Source: Clostridia bacterium
Lineage (GTDB): Bacteria > Bacillota > Clostridia > CAKSNL01 > HGM11501
DNA: 64,000 nt
Assembly (NCBI GenBank): GCA_045545475.1
Contig: JAZQAZ010000031.1
Span: forward strand, 1 to 64,000
Direction: 5' to 3'
This document shows, in pieces, positions 17,560-28,235 of this stretch. The notes under the pieces are model-generated. The model searched no databases. It was given only the letters and a program-made list of their open reading frames with translations, and was not told where the DNA came from. Within the stretch, counting starts at the first letter, position 1, and each line of letters starts with the position of its first letter. The position numbers and the translations under genes are program-made.

Positions 17560-20277
17560 TTAATCTATATAATGAATTACGGATTTTGCCGTATCTTGCG
17601 CTGCGTTGCCCACAAGATAAGCACCGTTACCCAAAGAAATTACGGTTTTGCCCATGCAATCTGAGAGTATGCTTAAAGGAATATAAATATCACCGTTTGC
17701 AACAACTACCGGTGCAGTCAGTGTAAGAAGCTTTCCATTCTTTCTTGCCTCAAGTGTACCGATATATGTATAATACCAGTTGTTTTCAGCAAAATCGGTT
17801 AAATCCTCGTTAAGCTCGTAATTATAAAATCTTAAAATATTTGAATAGTGGTCGTATTCTGTTTTGCTTCTGCCCCAACCAACTATTTCCTCAAAGGCTT
17901 TTCTGGGAACATATAGCGTACCGTTCATTTCAAAGGGAGTAACGCTTGTATCCTTTTCGGAAACATTCATAATTCCGCCTGATACAATCATTTTTTCCTT
18001 TCCTGCCACTAAAACGGAACTGTTATCCAATGCACTTCTTTCATCCTTTGTAAGAGCAAGCTGAGGAAGCTCGGTGTAAAGATAGTTAAAGCGGCCTATG
18101 GGAGCGGTGTTAAGATTTGAGTAGAAATCGATTATCTCTGTATAGGTGCCGGAAAGCCATTTAAGCTCCATATCGATTTTCTCAGTTTCTCCGATTAATA
18201 CTCTGGGAAGCTTAATCTGTATTGAATCTCCCGATACGGCATATTCGTAGGTGCCTATTTCCGTATAGGTGATTTCTTCTCCGTTTTTGGTAAGTGATTC
18301 TGCTTTTCCGATAATTCTTCCAAGGACGTAGTCATAGCCGTCAACACCTGTTTTTGGATTTCTGTCGGAATTTATAAGAAGCTGAAGAGCTCCGTCTTCC
18401 AATGCTATAGCTTTATCTGCCTTTGCCATAAAGTAAAGGTTTTCGCCGTCCCTTGCGGCTTTTGAAGATATAACTCTGTTTGCAACCTTTATATCGTAAG
18501 TTTTAACTTCTCCGATGCGGCTGTCTGTGAAAGCATCTTTACCTGATCTGTCCTGTCCTTTATAATTTAAGAACTCGGGACCCACGTCTTCCCATTGAGA
18601 TACGTTAGCGTTTATATCTATGGTGATTTCTTCTGTGGCAACAGGAGCCGGACGAACACCTTTATACTTTCTTACAAGGTCACAAAGCATATTGTAGCAG
18701 TCATCTTTAAGCAGGCCCTTAACAGGCTCAAAGTCACGGCTGTGCTCAGAGTCGAAAGCGTCGGGGAAAGCCAGGTCAAAACCTGAGTAATTTCTGTGAA
18801 GCTCGGAACAAAATTCATTCCAGCCGTCAACATATATAAAGTGGGGGTCTCTTTCAAGAGCAAGATAAGCCTGCTCACGGAAGTAATAGGCTTCGCGAAC
18901 AGATTCTACGGTATAGTCATCTCCAAATGCACGGGAGTAGTTTCGGCCCTGTGCATATGGGTCATTCATGGTGTTATGATTTCCTGCATAGCCTACGTTT
19001 AAGGCAACGCCTACACAAGTAAACTCGGGTCTGGTATCATTTGTCTTATTACCTCTGCCGAGCTGGGGAAAATCTTCAATCCAACGCCAGGTTGAACTGT
19101 CCTTTTCGCCGACATTGTCATCCTCACGGAAAGAGAAAAAGTCACCTATTATTTCCATAAGCTCTCTGCCCTGAGGATCACCTGAAAATTGCTTTTTAAC
19201 TCCGTCAACATTGGGGATACCGAAAATAAGGGGTTTGTTATCCCAGTGGAACCATATGTCTGTCATGTCTTCCTGCTGAAAGCAGGTGTTGTATAAAGAC
19301 AGGAAAAGCTTTACAAGGTCGTAGTTTCCTGTCCAGCTTCCGCAAAATACGGAAATTTCGGGGATGTCAACTCCGTCTTTTTTTGCATCACGGAAAGCCT
19401 TGGCAAGGCTCATGAGCATACTTATTCTTGTGCTTCCTCCGTTTGAGTAGTCAAGGAAAATTGAGTCAACTCCTGCTGCTGAAAGCAGTTCAGCATGGCG
19501 ACGGTATACCCAGTAATCGTGGGAGGAATAAAAACCGTAAACCGGTTCGTCCCAATAGGTTTTTGTAAGGTTTGTCCAGGCAGAAGAACCTTCAATTGTC
19601 ATGGCGTCGGGATGCTCGGCCAACACTTCTGAAATTATGCAGGCGTTGGAGGTGGGGGCGATGTCTGTCCAGTTCCAGTACATCATACCCACATAGCGGT
19701 CGCCCTCTTTTACGGGACCGGCCTCACCGTATTCTGCAACCTTACGTCCGAAATCGTCGGTGGCAACCCATGTGTCTGTATAAAAGTCTTTTATGTAGCT
19801 GTCGTCAACCTGCTTATCATAAAGGTCCTCGACGTAAACATCCTTTGAAAGAGTGAAGCTCTTTATACGAAGATCTGTTGCATAACCATCCCAGTAAGTT
19901 CCGATAAAATACAAATCATGAACACCTGATATTCCGCCAAGGTATGCGGTGTATTTATCTTTAGGCTCGGAAATTACGATGAAGGCAACTTCCTGACCTG
20001 TCATGGGATCGTCCACACGGACACGTATGGTTTCGCCGCTTCCTCTTGTAAGATTAAGATATTCCATTTCAGCAGTTACGGAATTTATACCCGTAAGGTC
20101 AACGCCCTTGAAACAAATGTATTCGTTTCTGCCCCAGTGCTTTGCGGAAGTTCCTATTTCTATTCCTTCCTGGATGTCGGAATTAATGGGAAGAAGAACG
20201 ATATCCCCTTCTCCTGCAAAGACGGGCATTATACCGATAAGTGCCAGAATTAGCATAATGCAAAGTATTTTTTTCAT
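17560..20277 (-). CDS. Secreted GH99/GH71-like glycoside hydrolase with N-terminal CBM6-like module and C-terminal stalk domain
   Basis: GVHDLYF (CBM6-like); ATDDFGR, YWDEPVYGFY, RRHAELLSAAGVDSIFLD, GWNEF, SRDFEP; NGTLYVP, NGDIYIPL. Confidence 0.7.
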   Translation of the reverse strand: MKKILCIMLILALIGIMPVFAGEGDIVLLPINSDIQEGIEIGTSAKHWGRNEYICFKGVDLTGINSVTAEMEYLNLTRGSGETIRVRVDDPMTGQEVAFIVISEPKDKYTAYLGGISGVHDLYFIGTYWDGYATDLRIKSFTLSKDVYVEDLYDKQVDDSYIKDFYTDTWVATDDFGRKVAEYGEAGPVKEGDRYVGMMYWNWTDIAPTSNACIISEVLAEHPDAMTIEGSSAWTNLTKTYWDEPVYGFYSSHDYWVYRRHAELLSAAGVDSIFLDYSNGGSTRISMLMSLAKAFRDAKKDGVDIPEISVFCGSWTGNYDLVKLFLSLYNTCFQQEDMTDIWFHWDNKPLIFGIPNVDGVKKQFSGDPQGRELMEIIGDFFSFREDDNVGEKDSSTWRWIEDFPQLGRGNKTNDTRPEFTCVGVALNVGYAGNHNTMNDPYAQGRNYSRAFGDDYTVESVREAYYFREQAYLALERDPHFIYVDGWNEFCSELHRNYSGFDLAFPDAFDSEHSRDFEPVKGLLKDDCYNMLCDLVRKYKGVRPAPVATEEITIDINANVSQWEDVGPEFLNYKGQDRSGKDAFTDSRIGEVKTYDIKVANRVISSKAARDGENLYFMAKADKAIALEDGALQLLINSDRNPKTGVDGYDYVLGRIIGKAESLTKNGEEITYTEIGTYEYAVSGDSIQIKLPRVLIGETEKIDMELKWLSGTYTEIIDFYSNLNTAPIGRFNYLYTELPQLALTKDERSALDNSSVLVAGKEKMIVSGGIMNVSEKDTSVTPFEMNGTLYVPRKAFEEIVGWGRSKTEYDHYSNILRFYNYELNEDLTDFAENNWYYTYIGTLEARKNGKLLTLTAPVVVANGDIYIPLSILSDCMGKTVISLGNGAYLVGNAAQDTAKSVIHYID

Positions 20278-20398
20278 ACATCTAAGCCTCCTTTTTAAAC
20301 ATTATAGTATAAAATGTTATGTATGGCAAGGGAGAATTTGATAGTAAATTTGTATTTTTCGATAGTAAAATATAAAAAAGTAAGCTGTTTTGGGTAGC

Positions 20399-21283
20399 TT
20401 ACTTTTCTTTTCCGATATTAAGAATTATAACTGCACCTAAGATTAAAAGAATTCCCGTAACCGATAGAAAATCTGTTGGCTCACGAAGAATGAATATTCC
20501 GACGATGGATGCAACCATAGGTTCAACCGATGCCATAACCGCTGCTTTTCCCGCTTCTGTTTTCTTAAGTCCCAAGGTGTAAAATAAAAACGGAAGAAAT
20601 GCTGTAACGAGCCCTGTTGCGAAAAGCTCAAAAATTAAAGCAGGGATGCTTTCTGCGTTCTGAAACGCAGAAACAAATGTGGTGGGCGGTGCGAAAATGA
20701 ATGAGCCCAGTCCTGCAATTGTAAAGGCATACGCCGTTAAGGTTAAGGGGTGGTGCTTTTGGAGTGCATATTTTCCTAAGATTGAATAAAGAGCATAGGT
20801 TATTGCGGATAAGGCACCCATAAAAATTCCCATCGGGGTAACGTGGGCGTCCCCACTTGCGATACCCGATACAAGGACGCAACCTGAAAAGGCAAGGACT
20901 AAGGCAAGAGCCTTTTTAGCTGTAAATTTTTCTTTGAAAAGGAAAAGGGATGCCACCATTACGATGATGGGTGCGGTGTATAAAAGGATTGCGGCAACAG
21001 CCAATGATGAAAGGTTTATGGATTCGAAATATGTGGCACTCATTAAAAGTACGGAAAAAAGCCCGGTGGCAACCAGCAGTGGTAAGTCGCGGAGTTTTAT
21101 TTTAAGAAGGCTTTTATCTTTGATAAGGGTAAAAAGAATGAATAGTATTCCTGCGGAAAAAAGTCTTGCGGCAGATATCTGTATGGAAGTAAGGGCATAC
21201 ACCTCTCCCAGGTGGCGGACAAAAAGCCCCATTATACCCCAGAGGATGCCGGCTATTATTATGTAAAGGGATGAAAGCGTCAT
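20399..21283 (-). CDS. DMT/EamA family transporter
   Basis: ~10 TM, ILWG, AAILLYTAP, ASVEP duplicated EamA halves. Confidence 0.9.
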   Translation of the reverse strand: MTLSSLYIIIAGILWGIMGLFVRHLGEVYALTSIQISAARLFSAGILFILFTLIKDKSLLKIKLRDLPLLVATGLFSVLLMSATYFESINLSSLAVAAILLYTAPIIVMVASLFLFKEKFTAKKALALVLAFSGCVLVSGIASGDAHVTPMGIFMGALSAITYALYSILGKYALQKHHPLTLTAYAFTIAGLGSFIFAPPTTFVSAFQNAESIPALIFELFATGLVTAFLPFLFYTLGLKKTEAGKAAVMASVEPMVASIVGIFILREPTDFLSVTGILLILGAVIILNIGKEK

Positions 21284-21386
21284 AAAAATTCTCCTTTTAA
21301 TATTCTTATCTAAGTTTAAGTATTTACGGCCTTTTTGTCAACATATAAAACGACAAAAAACAAGGGGTTAAAAAGTAAAAAAACAG

Positions 21387-21415
21387 TTGAAATTTACATT
21401 TCTCTGATATATAAT
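21387..21415 (+). promoter_or_regulatory. sigma-A promoter
   Basis: TTGAAA-N17-TATAAT. Confidence 0.55.
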
Positions 21416-21448
21416 GAATTTGTATGTTTTGTGTTTTGAGGTGATTTT

Positions 21449-22219
21449 ATGAGTAATACAGAGCGTCCTCTTGACAATATGGTAACGAACGGCGGATTTA
21501 TGAGAATTTTCAAATCCATAACATGCGTCGGAGACAGCTTGTCTTCCGGTGAGTTTGAATCTTTGAAAGAGGATGGAACAAAAGGCTATTACGATATGTT
21601 TGAATATTCCTGGGGACAGATCATAGGAAGAACCATCGGAGCAACTGTGAACAGCTTTTCAAGAGGCGGCATGACGGCAAGGGAATATGTTGAAAGCTAT
21701 GCCGACTTAAAGGGTTTCTGGGATGAGGATAAAAAGAGTCAGGCGTATATTTTCGCCCTTGGCGTAAACGATACGGGTTCATGTGAAAAGGGAGAAATTT
21801 CCGATATATGCATGGAGGACTATACCAAAAACGGAAAAACTTTTGTGGGATATTATGCATCTATTATTCAGCGTTATAAGAAAATGCAACCCCGTGCAAA
21901 ATTCTTCCTTATGACAATGCCCCGTGACATAAGAATAGATAAACCGAGATACGAAAAGTTTCTTTCCTTTAACGAAGAAATAAGAAAAATGGCACAGCTT
22001 TTTGACAATACGTATCTGATAGACCTTGAAAAGTATGCTCCCGTTTATGACGAGGATTTCCGCGAGAATTATTTTATGGGCGGTCATCTGTCACCTGCGG
22101 GCTATGTGTGGACGGCGGATGTGGTTATGAGCTATATCGATTATATCATCCGTCACAATATGAAGGATTTTAAAGAAGTAGGCTTTATCGGAACAGATAT
22201 CCGGGGAGCCGGAATGTGA
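21449..22219 (+). CDS. SGNH/GDSL hydrolase
   Basis: GDSL block I, SRGG, LGVND, GGHLSPAGY. Confidence 0.85.
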   Translation: MSNTERPLDNMVTNGGFMRIFKSITCVGDSLSSGEFESLKEDGTKGYYDMFEYSWGQIIGRTIGATVNSFSRGGMTAREYVESYADLKGFWDEDKKSQAYIFALGVNDTGSCEKGEISDICMEDYTKNGKTFVGYYASIIQRYKKMQPRAKFFLMTMPRDIRIDKPRYEKFLSFNEEIRKMAQLFDNTYLIDLEKYAPVYDEDFRENYFMGGHLSPAGYVWTADVVMSYIDYIIRHNMKDFKEVGFIGTDIRGAGM

Positions 22220-22226
22220 GGTAATT

Positions 22227-23609
22227 ATGGAACAGAAATTTGATATTGCCATAATAGGCGGCGGAATAGGCGGCCTTATGGCGGCATATAAAATAAAAAA
22301 GGAAACCCCGGAAAAGTCGGTTATAATACTTGAGCGCGGCTTTGATCAGGAAAAGAGATTTTGCCCTGCAGGCAAAAACAAAAAGTGCGTTCACTGTAAG
22401 ATTTGCAGTATTTCGGGGGGCTATGCGGGTGCCGGTGCTTTTTCCGACGGTAAGTTCAATATCGGTACGGCTTACGGCGGTTCTATGGGCGAGGAGCTTG
22501 GTGAAGATACCGCAATGAAATATATAAATATGGTGGATAAGGTTCTGGAAAGCTTTTCCGAGGACTATCCTCCCTTATTTATGTCAAATGAAGAACTTAA
22601 GTTAAAGTGCCTTCAGAACAATTTAAGGCTTCTTGATATGAATGTAAGACACCTTGGCACCGACAAAAACTATAATACCATGCTTAATTTGATAAAGCAT
22701 CTTGCAGGGGTCGGCGTTGTTATGAAGTCCCGTGCAGAGTGCAAGGATATTACAAAGCTGGGCGACGAATTTTTCGTTGACTATGACCACAGCGGAGAAG
22801 CTATAAGAATTAAAGCCGATAAGGTTATAATAGCAACAGGCAGAAGCGGTGCAGCCTTCGTTAAGGCTATCTGCAAGAAGTTTGACGTAAAAATAGAGGC
22901 AAATTCCGTTGATATCGGAGTAAGAGTTGAAATGAAGGACGTTATCTGGAGGGAGTTTTCATCCAAGATTTATGAGCCTAAGATTTTGTACAGAACGGAG
23001 ACCTTTGAGGACAGAACAAGAATGTTCTGCTTTAATCAGGGCGGCTTGGTTTCTGCTGAGAACAACAACGGCATAATCACCGCTAACGGTCACTCTTATG
23101 CGGAACCTGAAAAGAAGACTGACAACTGTAACTTTGCAATTCTTTCGTCTATCCATTTCAAGGGTGACTTTGATAAGCCTACAGAATATGCGGAAAACAT
23201 CGCAAGAAACATGAACTTTGCAGGAGAAGGAAACATTATTGTTCAGCGTTTCGGAGACCTTAAGAGAGGCAGACGTACCAACGAACACCGCTTAGCCGCC
23301 AACAGCGTAATTCCCACAATGGCGGCGTTCCCGGGAGATTTGTCCATCGTGCTTCCTTACCGTGCCCTTACCAACATCATAGAGACCATTTATGCTCTTG
23401 ATAAAGTGGCTCCGGGCTGTGCGAATGACGATACTCTGTTATACGGATGCGAAAACAAGTATTATTCTATCCGTCCTGTTCATGACGGTAATTTCGCTAT
23501 TGCTGACGGAATGTATTTAATTGGCGACGGAAGCGGTATTACAAGAGGCCTTTCACAGAGCGGTGCTATGGGGCTTTACGTTGCGGATGCAATATCGGGC
23601 AATTTATAA
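22227..23609 (+). CDS. FAD-dependent oxidoreductase (COG2509-like)
   Basis: IIGGGIGG, GAGAFSDGK, RHLGTD, VDIGVRVE, NGHSY, GDGSGITRGL; CxxxxxCxxCxxC motif. Confidence 0.85.
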   Translation: MEQKFDIAIIGGGIGGLMAAYKIKKETPEKSVIILERGFDQEKRFCPAGKNKKCVHCKICSISGGYAGAGAFSDGKFNIGTAYGGSMGEELGEDTAMKYINMVDKVLESFSEDYPPLFMSNEELKLKCLQNNLRLLDMNVRHLGTDKNYNTMLNLIKHLAGVGVVMKSRAECKDITKLGDEFFVDYDHSGEAIRIKADKVIIATGRSGAAFVKAICKKFDVKIEANSVDIGVRVEMKDVIWREFSSKIYEPKILYRTETFEDRTRMFCFNQGGLVSAENNNGIITANGHSYAEPEKKTDNCNFAILSSIHFKGDFDKPTEYAENIARNMNFAGEGNIIVQRFGDLKRGRRTNEHRLAANSVIPTMAAFPGDLSIVLPYRALTNIIETIYALDKVAPGCANDDTLLYGCENKYYSIRPVHDGNFAIADGMYLIGDGSGITRGLSQSGAMGLYVADAISGNL

Positions 23610-23612
23610 TAA

Positions 23613-23638
23613 GAAGGTGCTACGCTGTAGCACCTTTT
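23613..23638 (+). terminator. Intrinsic terminator
   Basis: AAGGTGCTAC-GCT-GTAGCACCTTTT. Confidence 0.7.
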
Positions 23639-23731
23639 CTATTGAAATTGAAGGAAGTTTATGGTAGAATAACAAGTGATATAAAATAGCTTTATGATGC
23701 AGTAGCAATCAGATATAAAGGAAGCGATTAA

Positions 23732-24832
23732 ATGAAAATTGTACTTGAAAATTTAACAAAGCGTTTCCCGGGGAGAGGGAAAAAGGATAAGACCGTGACA
23801 GCCGTTGATAAGTTTAATTTTGAATTTAAAAACGGAAAGCTGACAGGACTTCTTGGCCCCTCCGGGTGCGGAAAAAGTACGGTGCTTAACATGATTTCGG
23901 GTCTTTTATCTCCCACTGAAGGAAAGATATACTTCGGAGAAGAAGATGTTACCTTGCTTTCTCCTGAACTCAGGGGCGTCGGGATGGTGTTTCAGAGCTA
24001 TGCCCTCTATCCTCATTTAACAGTTTTGGGGAATATAATTTTTCCTTTGCAGAACTTAAAGGGAAAAGCGAAAATGTCAAAAGAAGAAATGATTGCTGAG
24101 GCCGAGAAGGCAGCAAAGCTTGTGCAGATTGAAGGACTTCTTATGAGAAAACCTGCTGAGCTGTCAGGTGGACAGATGCAACGTGTTGCAATTGCAAGAG
24201 CACTTGTGAAGAAGCCTAAGGTATTGCTTCTTGATGAGCCGTTATCAAATCTGGACGCAAGGCTAAGACTGCAGACTCGTGAGGAAATCAGGCGTATACA
24301 AAAAGAAACCGGGATAACCACCGTATTTGTAACTCATGACCAGGAGGAGGCCATGAGTATCTGTGATGAGATTGTAGTTATGAAAGACGGGGTTATAAAC
24401 CAAATGGGTGCTCCTCAGGAGGTTTACGATAATCCGGAAAATATTTTTGTCTCAAAGTTTTTGGGAACTCCTCCCGTAAATGTATTTTCAGGAGAGGTAA
24501 AAGGGGGAAAGCTTTACATAGGAGATGAGGCTGTCATGGATGCACCCTTTAAGGATGCCCTCGTAAAAGTCGGAATCCGTCCCGAAGGCTTTGCGATTGA
24601 TGTTGACGGTGCATTTTCATTAAAACTTCATTCGATTGAAGTTATGGGCAGGGATAAAAGCTTTGTTATGTCCCACGAAAAGGCGGAAAACGGAGCTGTC
24701 CGTGTTATTGTTCCTTCAGAAAGCGTTTCGCAACAGGATGGAGAGAAAGTAAGTTTTTCATTGAAAAAAGAAAAAGTTTTTGTTTTTGATAAGGAAACAG
24801 GAGAAAGAATGAAGGTGCGTCATGAAGATTAA
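23732..24832 (+). CDS. ABC importer ATP-binding subunit (MalK/UgpC-like)
   Basis: GPSGCGKS, LSGGQMQR, LLLDEP, FVTHDQEEA. Confidence 0.93.
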   Translation: MKIVLENLTKRFPGRGKKDKTVTAVDKFNFEFKNGKLTGLLGPSGCGKSTVLNMISGLLSPTEGKIYFGEEDVTLLSPELRGVGMVFQSYALYPHLTVLGNIIFPLQNLKGKAKMSKEEMIAEAEKAAKLVQIEGLLMRKPAELSGGQMQRVAIARALVKKPKVLLLDEPLSNLDARLRLQTREEIRRIQKETGITTVFVTHDQEEAMSICDEIVVMKDGVINQMGAPQEVYDNPENIFVSKFLGTPPVNVFSGEVKGGKLYIGDEAVMDAPFKDALVKVGIRPEGFAIDVDGAFSLKLHSIEVMGRDKSFVMSHEKAENGAVRVIVPSESVSQQDGEKVSFSLKKEKVFVFDKETGERMKVRHED

Positions 24833-25709
24833 CAAAGCCTGGCTCTATCTTCTTCCTGCCATTGTATTTCTTGGTGTTTTTATGGTTTATCCCCTTATTG
24901 ACGTTTTTGTTTATTCTTTTGAAGAAGGGTATAATTCTGCATCGGGAACTTTTTTCGGAATCGGTGGCTATAATTATTCTTATGTGTTAAGAGATCCCTA
25001 CTTTTTGCAGGCACTTAAAAACACATTTTTGCTGGTTATAATAACGGTGCCGTTATCGACGGCAATAGCAATTTTAATTTCCGTAGGACTTAACGCTATA
25101 AATCCGTTGAGGAATTTTTTAAGATCGTTATATTTTCTGCCCTATGTTACCAATACGTTGGCAGTAGGATTGGTGTTTATGGTGCTTTTTAAGAAAACAC
25201 CATACTCAGAAGGACTTATAAATTTACTTCTCAGCCTGTTTAATGCCGGGCCCGTTGATTTTATGGAAGGCCCCTATTGGGCAAAGATGATGGTTTTATG
25301 CATCTATACAATATGGGTTGTAATGCCTTTTAAAATTTTGATTTTAACAAGTGCTCTTTCCTCTGTTCCGGAAAGCTGCTACAATGCGGCCAGGGTTGAC
25401 GGAACGGGAAAATGGAGGATTTTCACAAAAATCACACTGCCAATGATTTCGCCCACGGTATTTTATCTTGTTATAACAGGCTTTATCGGGGCATTTAAAT
25501 GTTATTCTGATGCGGTGGCTCTTTTCGGAACAAATCTTAATGCTTCGGGCATGAACACAATCGTAGGCTATATTTACGATATGCTCTACAGCGATGGGGG
25601 AGGTTATCCGTCTTATGCCTCGGCTGCGGCGATTATACTTTTTGTAATAGTGCTTACGGTAACGGTTATAAATCTTCTTGTTTCAAAAAAATACGTTCAC
25701 TATAATTGA
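24822..25709 (+). CDS. Carbohydrate ABC transporter permease (UgpA-like)
   Basis: 6 TM, AARVDG..W.IF.KITLP EAA loop. Confidence 0.9.
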   Translation: MKINKAWLYLLPAIVFLGVFMVYPLIDVFVYSFEEGYNSASGTFFGIGGYNYSYVLRDPYFLQALKNTFLLVIITVPLSTAIAILISVGLNAINPLRNFLRSLYFLPYVTNTLAVGLVFMVLFKKTPYSEGLINLLLSLFNAGPVDFMEGPYWAKMMVLCIYTIWVVMPFKILILTSALSSVPESCYNAARVDGTGKWRIFTKITLPMISPTVFYLVITGFIGAFKCYSDAVALFGTNLNASGMNTIVGYIYDMLYSDGGGYPSYASAAAIILFVIVLTVTVINLLVSKKYVHYN

Positions 25710-25717
25710 GGGTAGTC

Positions 25718-26590
25718 ATGAAAGAATTAAATTTTGAAAAAAGAGAAAAGCGGGAAAAATTAAAAAACGGGATTTTCAAAGGAGTTATTTATGCCTTTCT
25801 TTCATTTTGGGCATTATTTGTACTATTTCCGTTTTACTGGATGGTGCTTACATCTTTTAAAAGCTATGCCACTTACAATTCCGAGTTTATCCCAAAGTTT
25901 TATTTAACTTCTCCCACCTTTGAAAATTATATAGAGGCTTTTACCGCAGTACCGCTTTTTACATATTTTATGAATACGGTGATTTTTACGGTCATCACGG
26001 TTAGTCTTATGCTGCTTGTAACGGTTCCTGCATCATTTGCTTTTGCAAGGTTGGAATTTAAGGGAAAAAATTTGCTCTTTACCTTATTTTTATCCCTTAT
26101 GATGATACCGAATGAGCTTGTCATTATTACAAATTTTGTGACGGTTACAAACCTGGAGCTCAGAAACACATTTACAGGGCTCATTCTTCCGTCAGTGATG
26201 TCGGTTTTCTATGTTTATCTGCTTAAAGAAAGCTTCGGAAGCGTTCCTGATGAGCTTTACCGTGCAGCAAAGGTGGACGGAACAAGTGACTTTAAGTTTA
26301 TGATGAAAGTTATGGTTCCTATCTGCAAGCCCACTATCATCACTGTGACAATTCTTAAGGTTATTGAGTGCTGGAACTCCTTTGTATGGCCCAGACTTAT
26401 AACGGACGAGAGAGAATATTTCCTTGTTTCCAACGGAATTCAGGAAATACGTGAAGCGGGCTTCGGTCGTGAAAACATACCTGCCATGATGGCGGCGGTG
26501 GTCGTAATTTCCCTTCCGCTTATTCTGATTTTCATAATTTTCAGAAAGAAGATTATGGAGGGTGTGGCAAGAGGAGGCGTTAAAGGATGA
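25718..26590 (+). CDS. Carbohydrate ABC transporter permease (UgpE-like)
   Basis: FPFYWM, AFARLEFKGK, AAKVDG, WNSFVWP. Confidence 0.9.
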   Translation: MKELNFEKREKREKLKNGIFKGVIYAFLSFWALFVLFPFYWMVLTSFKSYATYNSEFIPKFYLTSPTFENYIEAFTAVPLFTYFMNTVIFTVITVSLMLLVTVPASFAFARLEFKGKNLLFTLFLSLMMIPNELVIITNFVTVTNLELRNTFTGLILPSVMSVFYVYLLKESFGSVPDELYRAAKVDGTSDFKFMMKVMVPICKPTIITVTILKVIECWNSFVWPRLITDEREYFLVSNGIQEIREAGFGRENIPAMMAAVVVISLPLILIFIIFRKKIMEGVARGGVKG

Positions 26591-28179
26591 AAAAAGTTTT
26601 TTGCATTATTCTTGCTATGAGCTTTATTCTGCCGATTTTTTCCGGTTGTCACGGCAAAAAGGAAAGCAGAAGCTTTTTTATTCCGGAAAGCTTTGATGAA
26701 ACGGAGAATTTTGAAATTACCTTCTGGGCTAAAAACGATACCAATAAAATACAGACGGCAATTTACGAAAAGGCGATTTCGGATTTTGAGGCACTTTATC
26801 CGAATATCAAAGTAAAAATGAAGCTTTATACCGATTACGGTAAAATATACAACGATGTTATAACTAACATCGCTACGGACACAACGCCTAATCTGTGCAT
26901 AACCTATCCCGACCATATAGCAACTTATATGTCGGGAGGGGATACGGTGGTTCCGTTAAATGAGCTTATGGAAGATGAAAGATTCGGCCTTTCAGGAAGT
27001 GAAGTTAAGTTTGACGCACCCAAGATAGAAGAAATTGTCCCTGAGTTTTTATCTGAATGTGCATTCGGGGATACTTACTACGCACTTCCCTTTATGCGAT
27101 CCGGCGAAGCTCTTTACATTAATAAAGATTATGTAGAGCGTCTTGGCTATGAAATTCCGGATAAAATTACATGGGATTTTATATGGGAGGTTTCCGACGC
27201 TGCGACGGAGAAAAACGAGGACGGAACATATAAGTTAAACGGGCAGAAGGTTATGATTCCCTTTATCTATAAGTCCACGGACAATATGATGATTCAATAC
27301 CTAAAGCAAAAAGAGGCACCGTATTCTGAGCCGAACGGAGAAATCAAAATATTCAACGAAGAGACTAAGGAGTTTTTGAAAGAAATTTCAAAGCATGTGG
27401 GAAACGGAGCGTTTTCCACATTCAAAATTTCCAGTTATCCAGGAAACTTCTTTAATGCTGGACAGTGTATTTTTGCCATTGATTCCACGGCAGGAGCAAC
27501 CTGGCTGGGAAGTGATGCACCGCTTTCCGACATTCATGAAAACAGCATAGTTGAATTTGAAACTGTCGTGAAAATGATTCCGCAGGTAAATCCGGATGAA
27601 CCTAAAGTTATTTCTCAGGGGCCGTCGGTGTGCGTGTTCAACAAGGAAAACCCTTCCGAGGTTTTAGCTTCCTGGCTCTTTCTTCAGTATCTTTTGACCA
27701 ATGAGGTGCAGATTGCCTACTCGAAAACAGAAGGATATGTTCCCGTCACAAAAAAGGCCAGGGACGATTTTGCCTACACAGAATATCTTTCACGACGGGG
27801 AGAGGATAACGACACATTTTACAGCGTAAAGATTGATGCATCAAAAATTGTGCTGGAAAATACAAAGCACAGCTTTGTAACTCCTGTTTTTAACGGATCG
27901 GCATCGCTTCGTAATGCGGCAGGTCAGCTTATTGAAGAAACGGCAAAATCTGTTAGAAGGAAAGAAACAGTGGACGATGAGTATTTTGAAGAGCTTTTCA
28001 GTGAAATGGAAAGTTTATACAGGCTTGATCAGACAGGAGGGGTTGGTGGCGGCAGGAAAAAGGAACTTTCGCCGTTACCGGCAGAATCGAAGATACTTCT
28101 TATATCCCTTGCACTTATCTGGGTGCTGATTGCTGTTTATACAATCGGGGAAAAAGTCAAAAGCAAGAAAAAATATTGA
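26587..28179 (+). CDS. Extracellular solute-binding lipoprotein with extra C-terminal TM helix
   Basis: Lipobox IFSGC; EITFW, YYALPFMRS, DSTAG, QGPS, SWLFLQYL, TEGYVP; C-terminal ILLISLALIWVLIAVYTI+KKK. Confidence 0.85.
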   Translation: MKKVFCIILAMSFILPIFSGCHGKKESRSFFIPESFDETENFEITFWAKNDTNKIQTAIYEKAISDFEALYPNIKVKMKLYTDYGKIYNDVITNIATDTTPNLCITYPDHIATYMSGGDTVVPLNELMEDERFGLSGSEVKFDAPKIEEIVPEFLSECAFGDTYYALPFMRSGEALYINKDYVERLGYEIPDKITWDFIWEVSDAATEKNEDGTYKLNGQKVMIPFIYKSTDNMMIQYLKQKEAPYSEPNGEIKIFNEETKEFLKEISKHVGNGAFSTFKISSYPGNFFNAGQCIFAIDSTAGATWLGSDAPLSDIHENSIVEFETVVKMIPQVNPDEPKVISQGPSVCVFNKENPSEVLASWLFLQYLLTNEVQIAYSKTEGYVPVTKKARDDFAYTEYLSRRGEDNDTFYSVKIDASKIVLENTKHSFVTPVFNGSASLRNAAGQLIEETAKSVRRKETVDDEYFEELFSEMESLYRLDQTGGVGGGRKKELSPLPAESKILLISLALIWVLIAVYTIGEKVKSKKKY

Positions 28180-28203
28180 CATATTTTTCTTTTGGAGTAT
28201 AAT
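28176..28203 (+). promoter_or_regulatory. sigma-A promoter of acidic lipoprotein
   Basis: TTGACA-N16-TATAAT. Confidence 0.65.
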
Positions 28204-28235
28204 ATTTAAAAATAAATAATAAAGGAGAAAAAATT

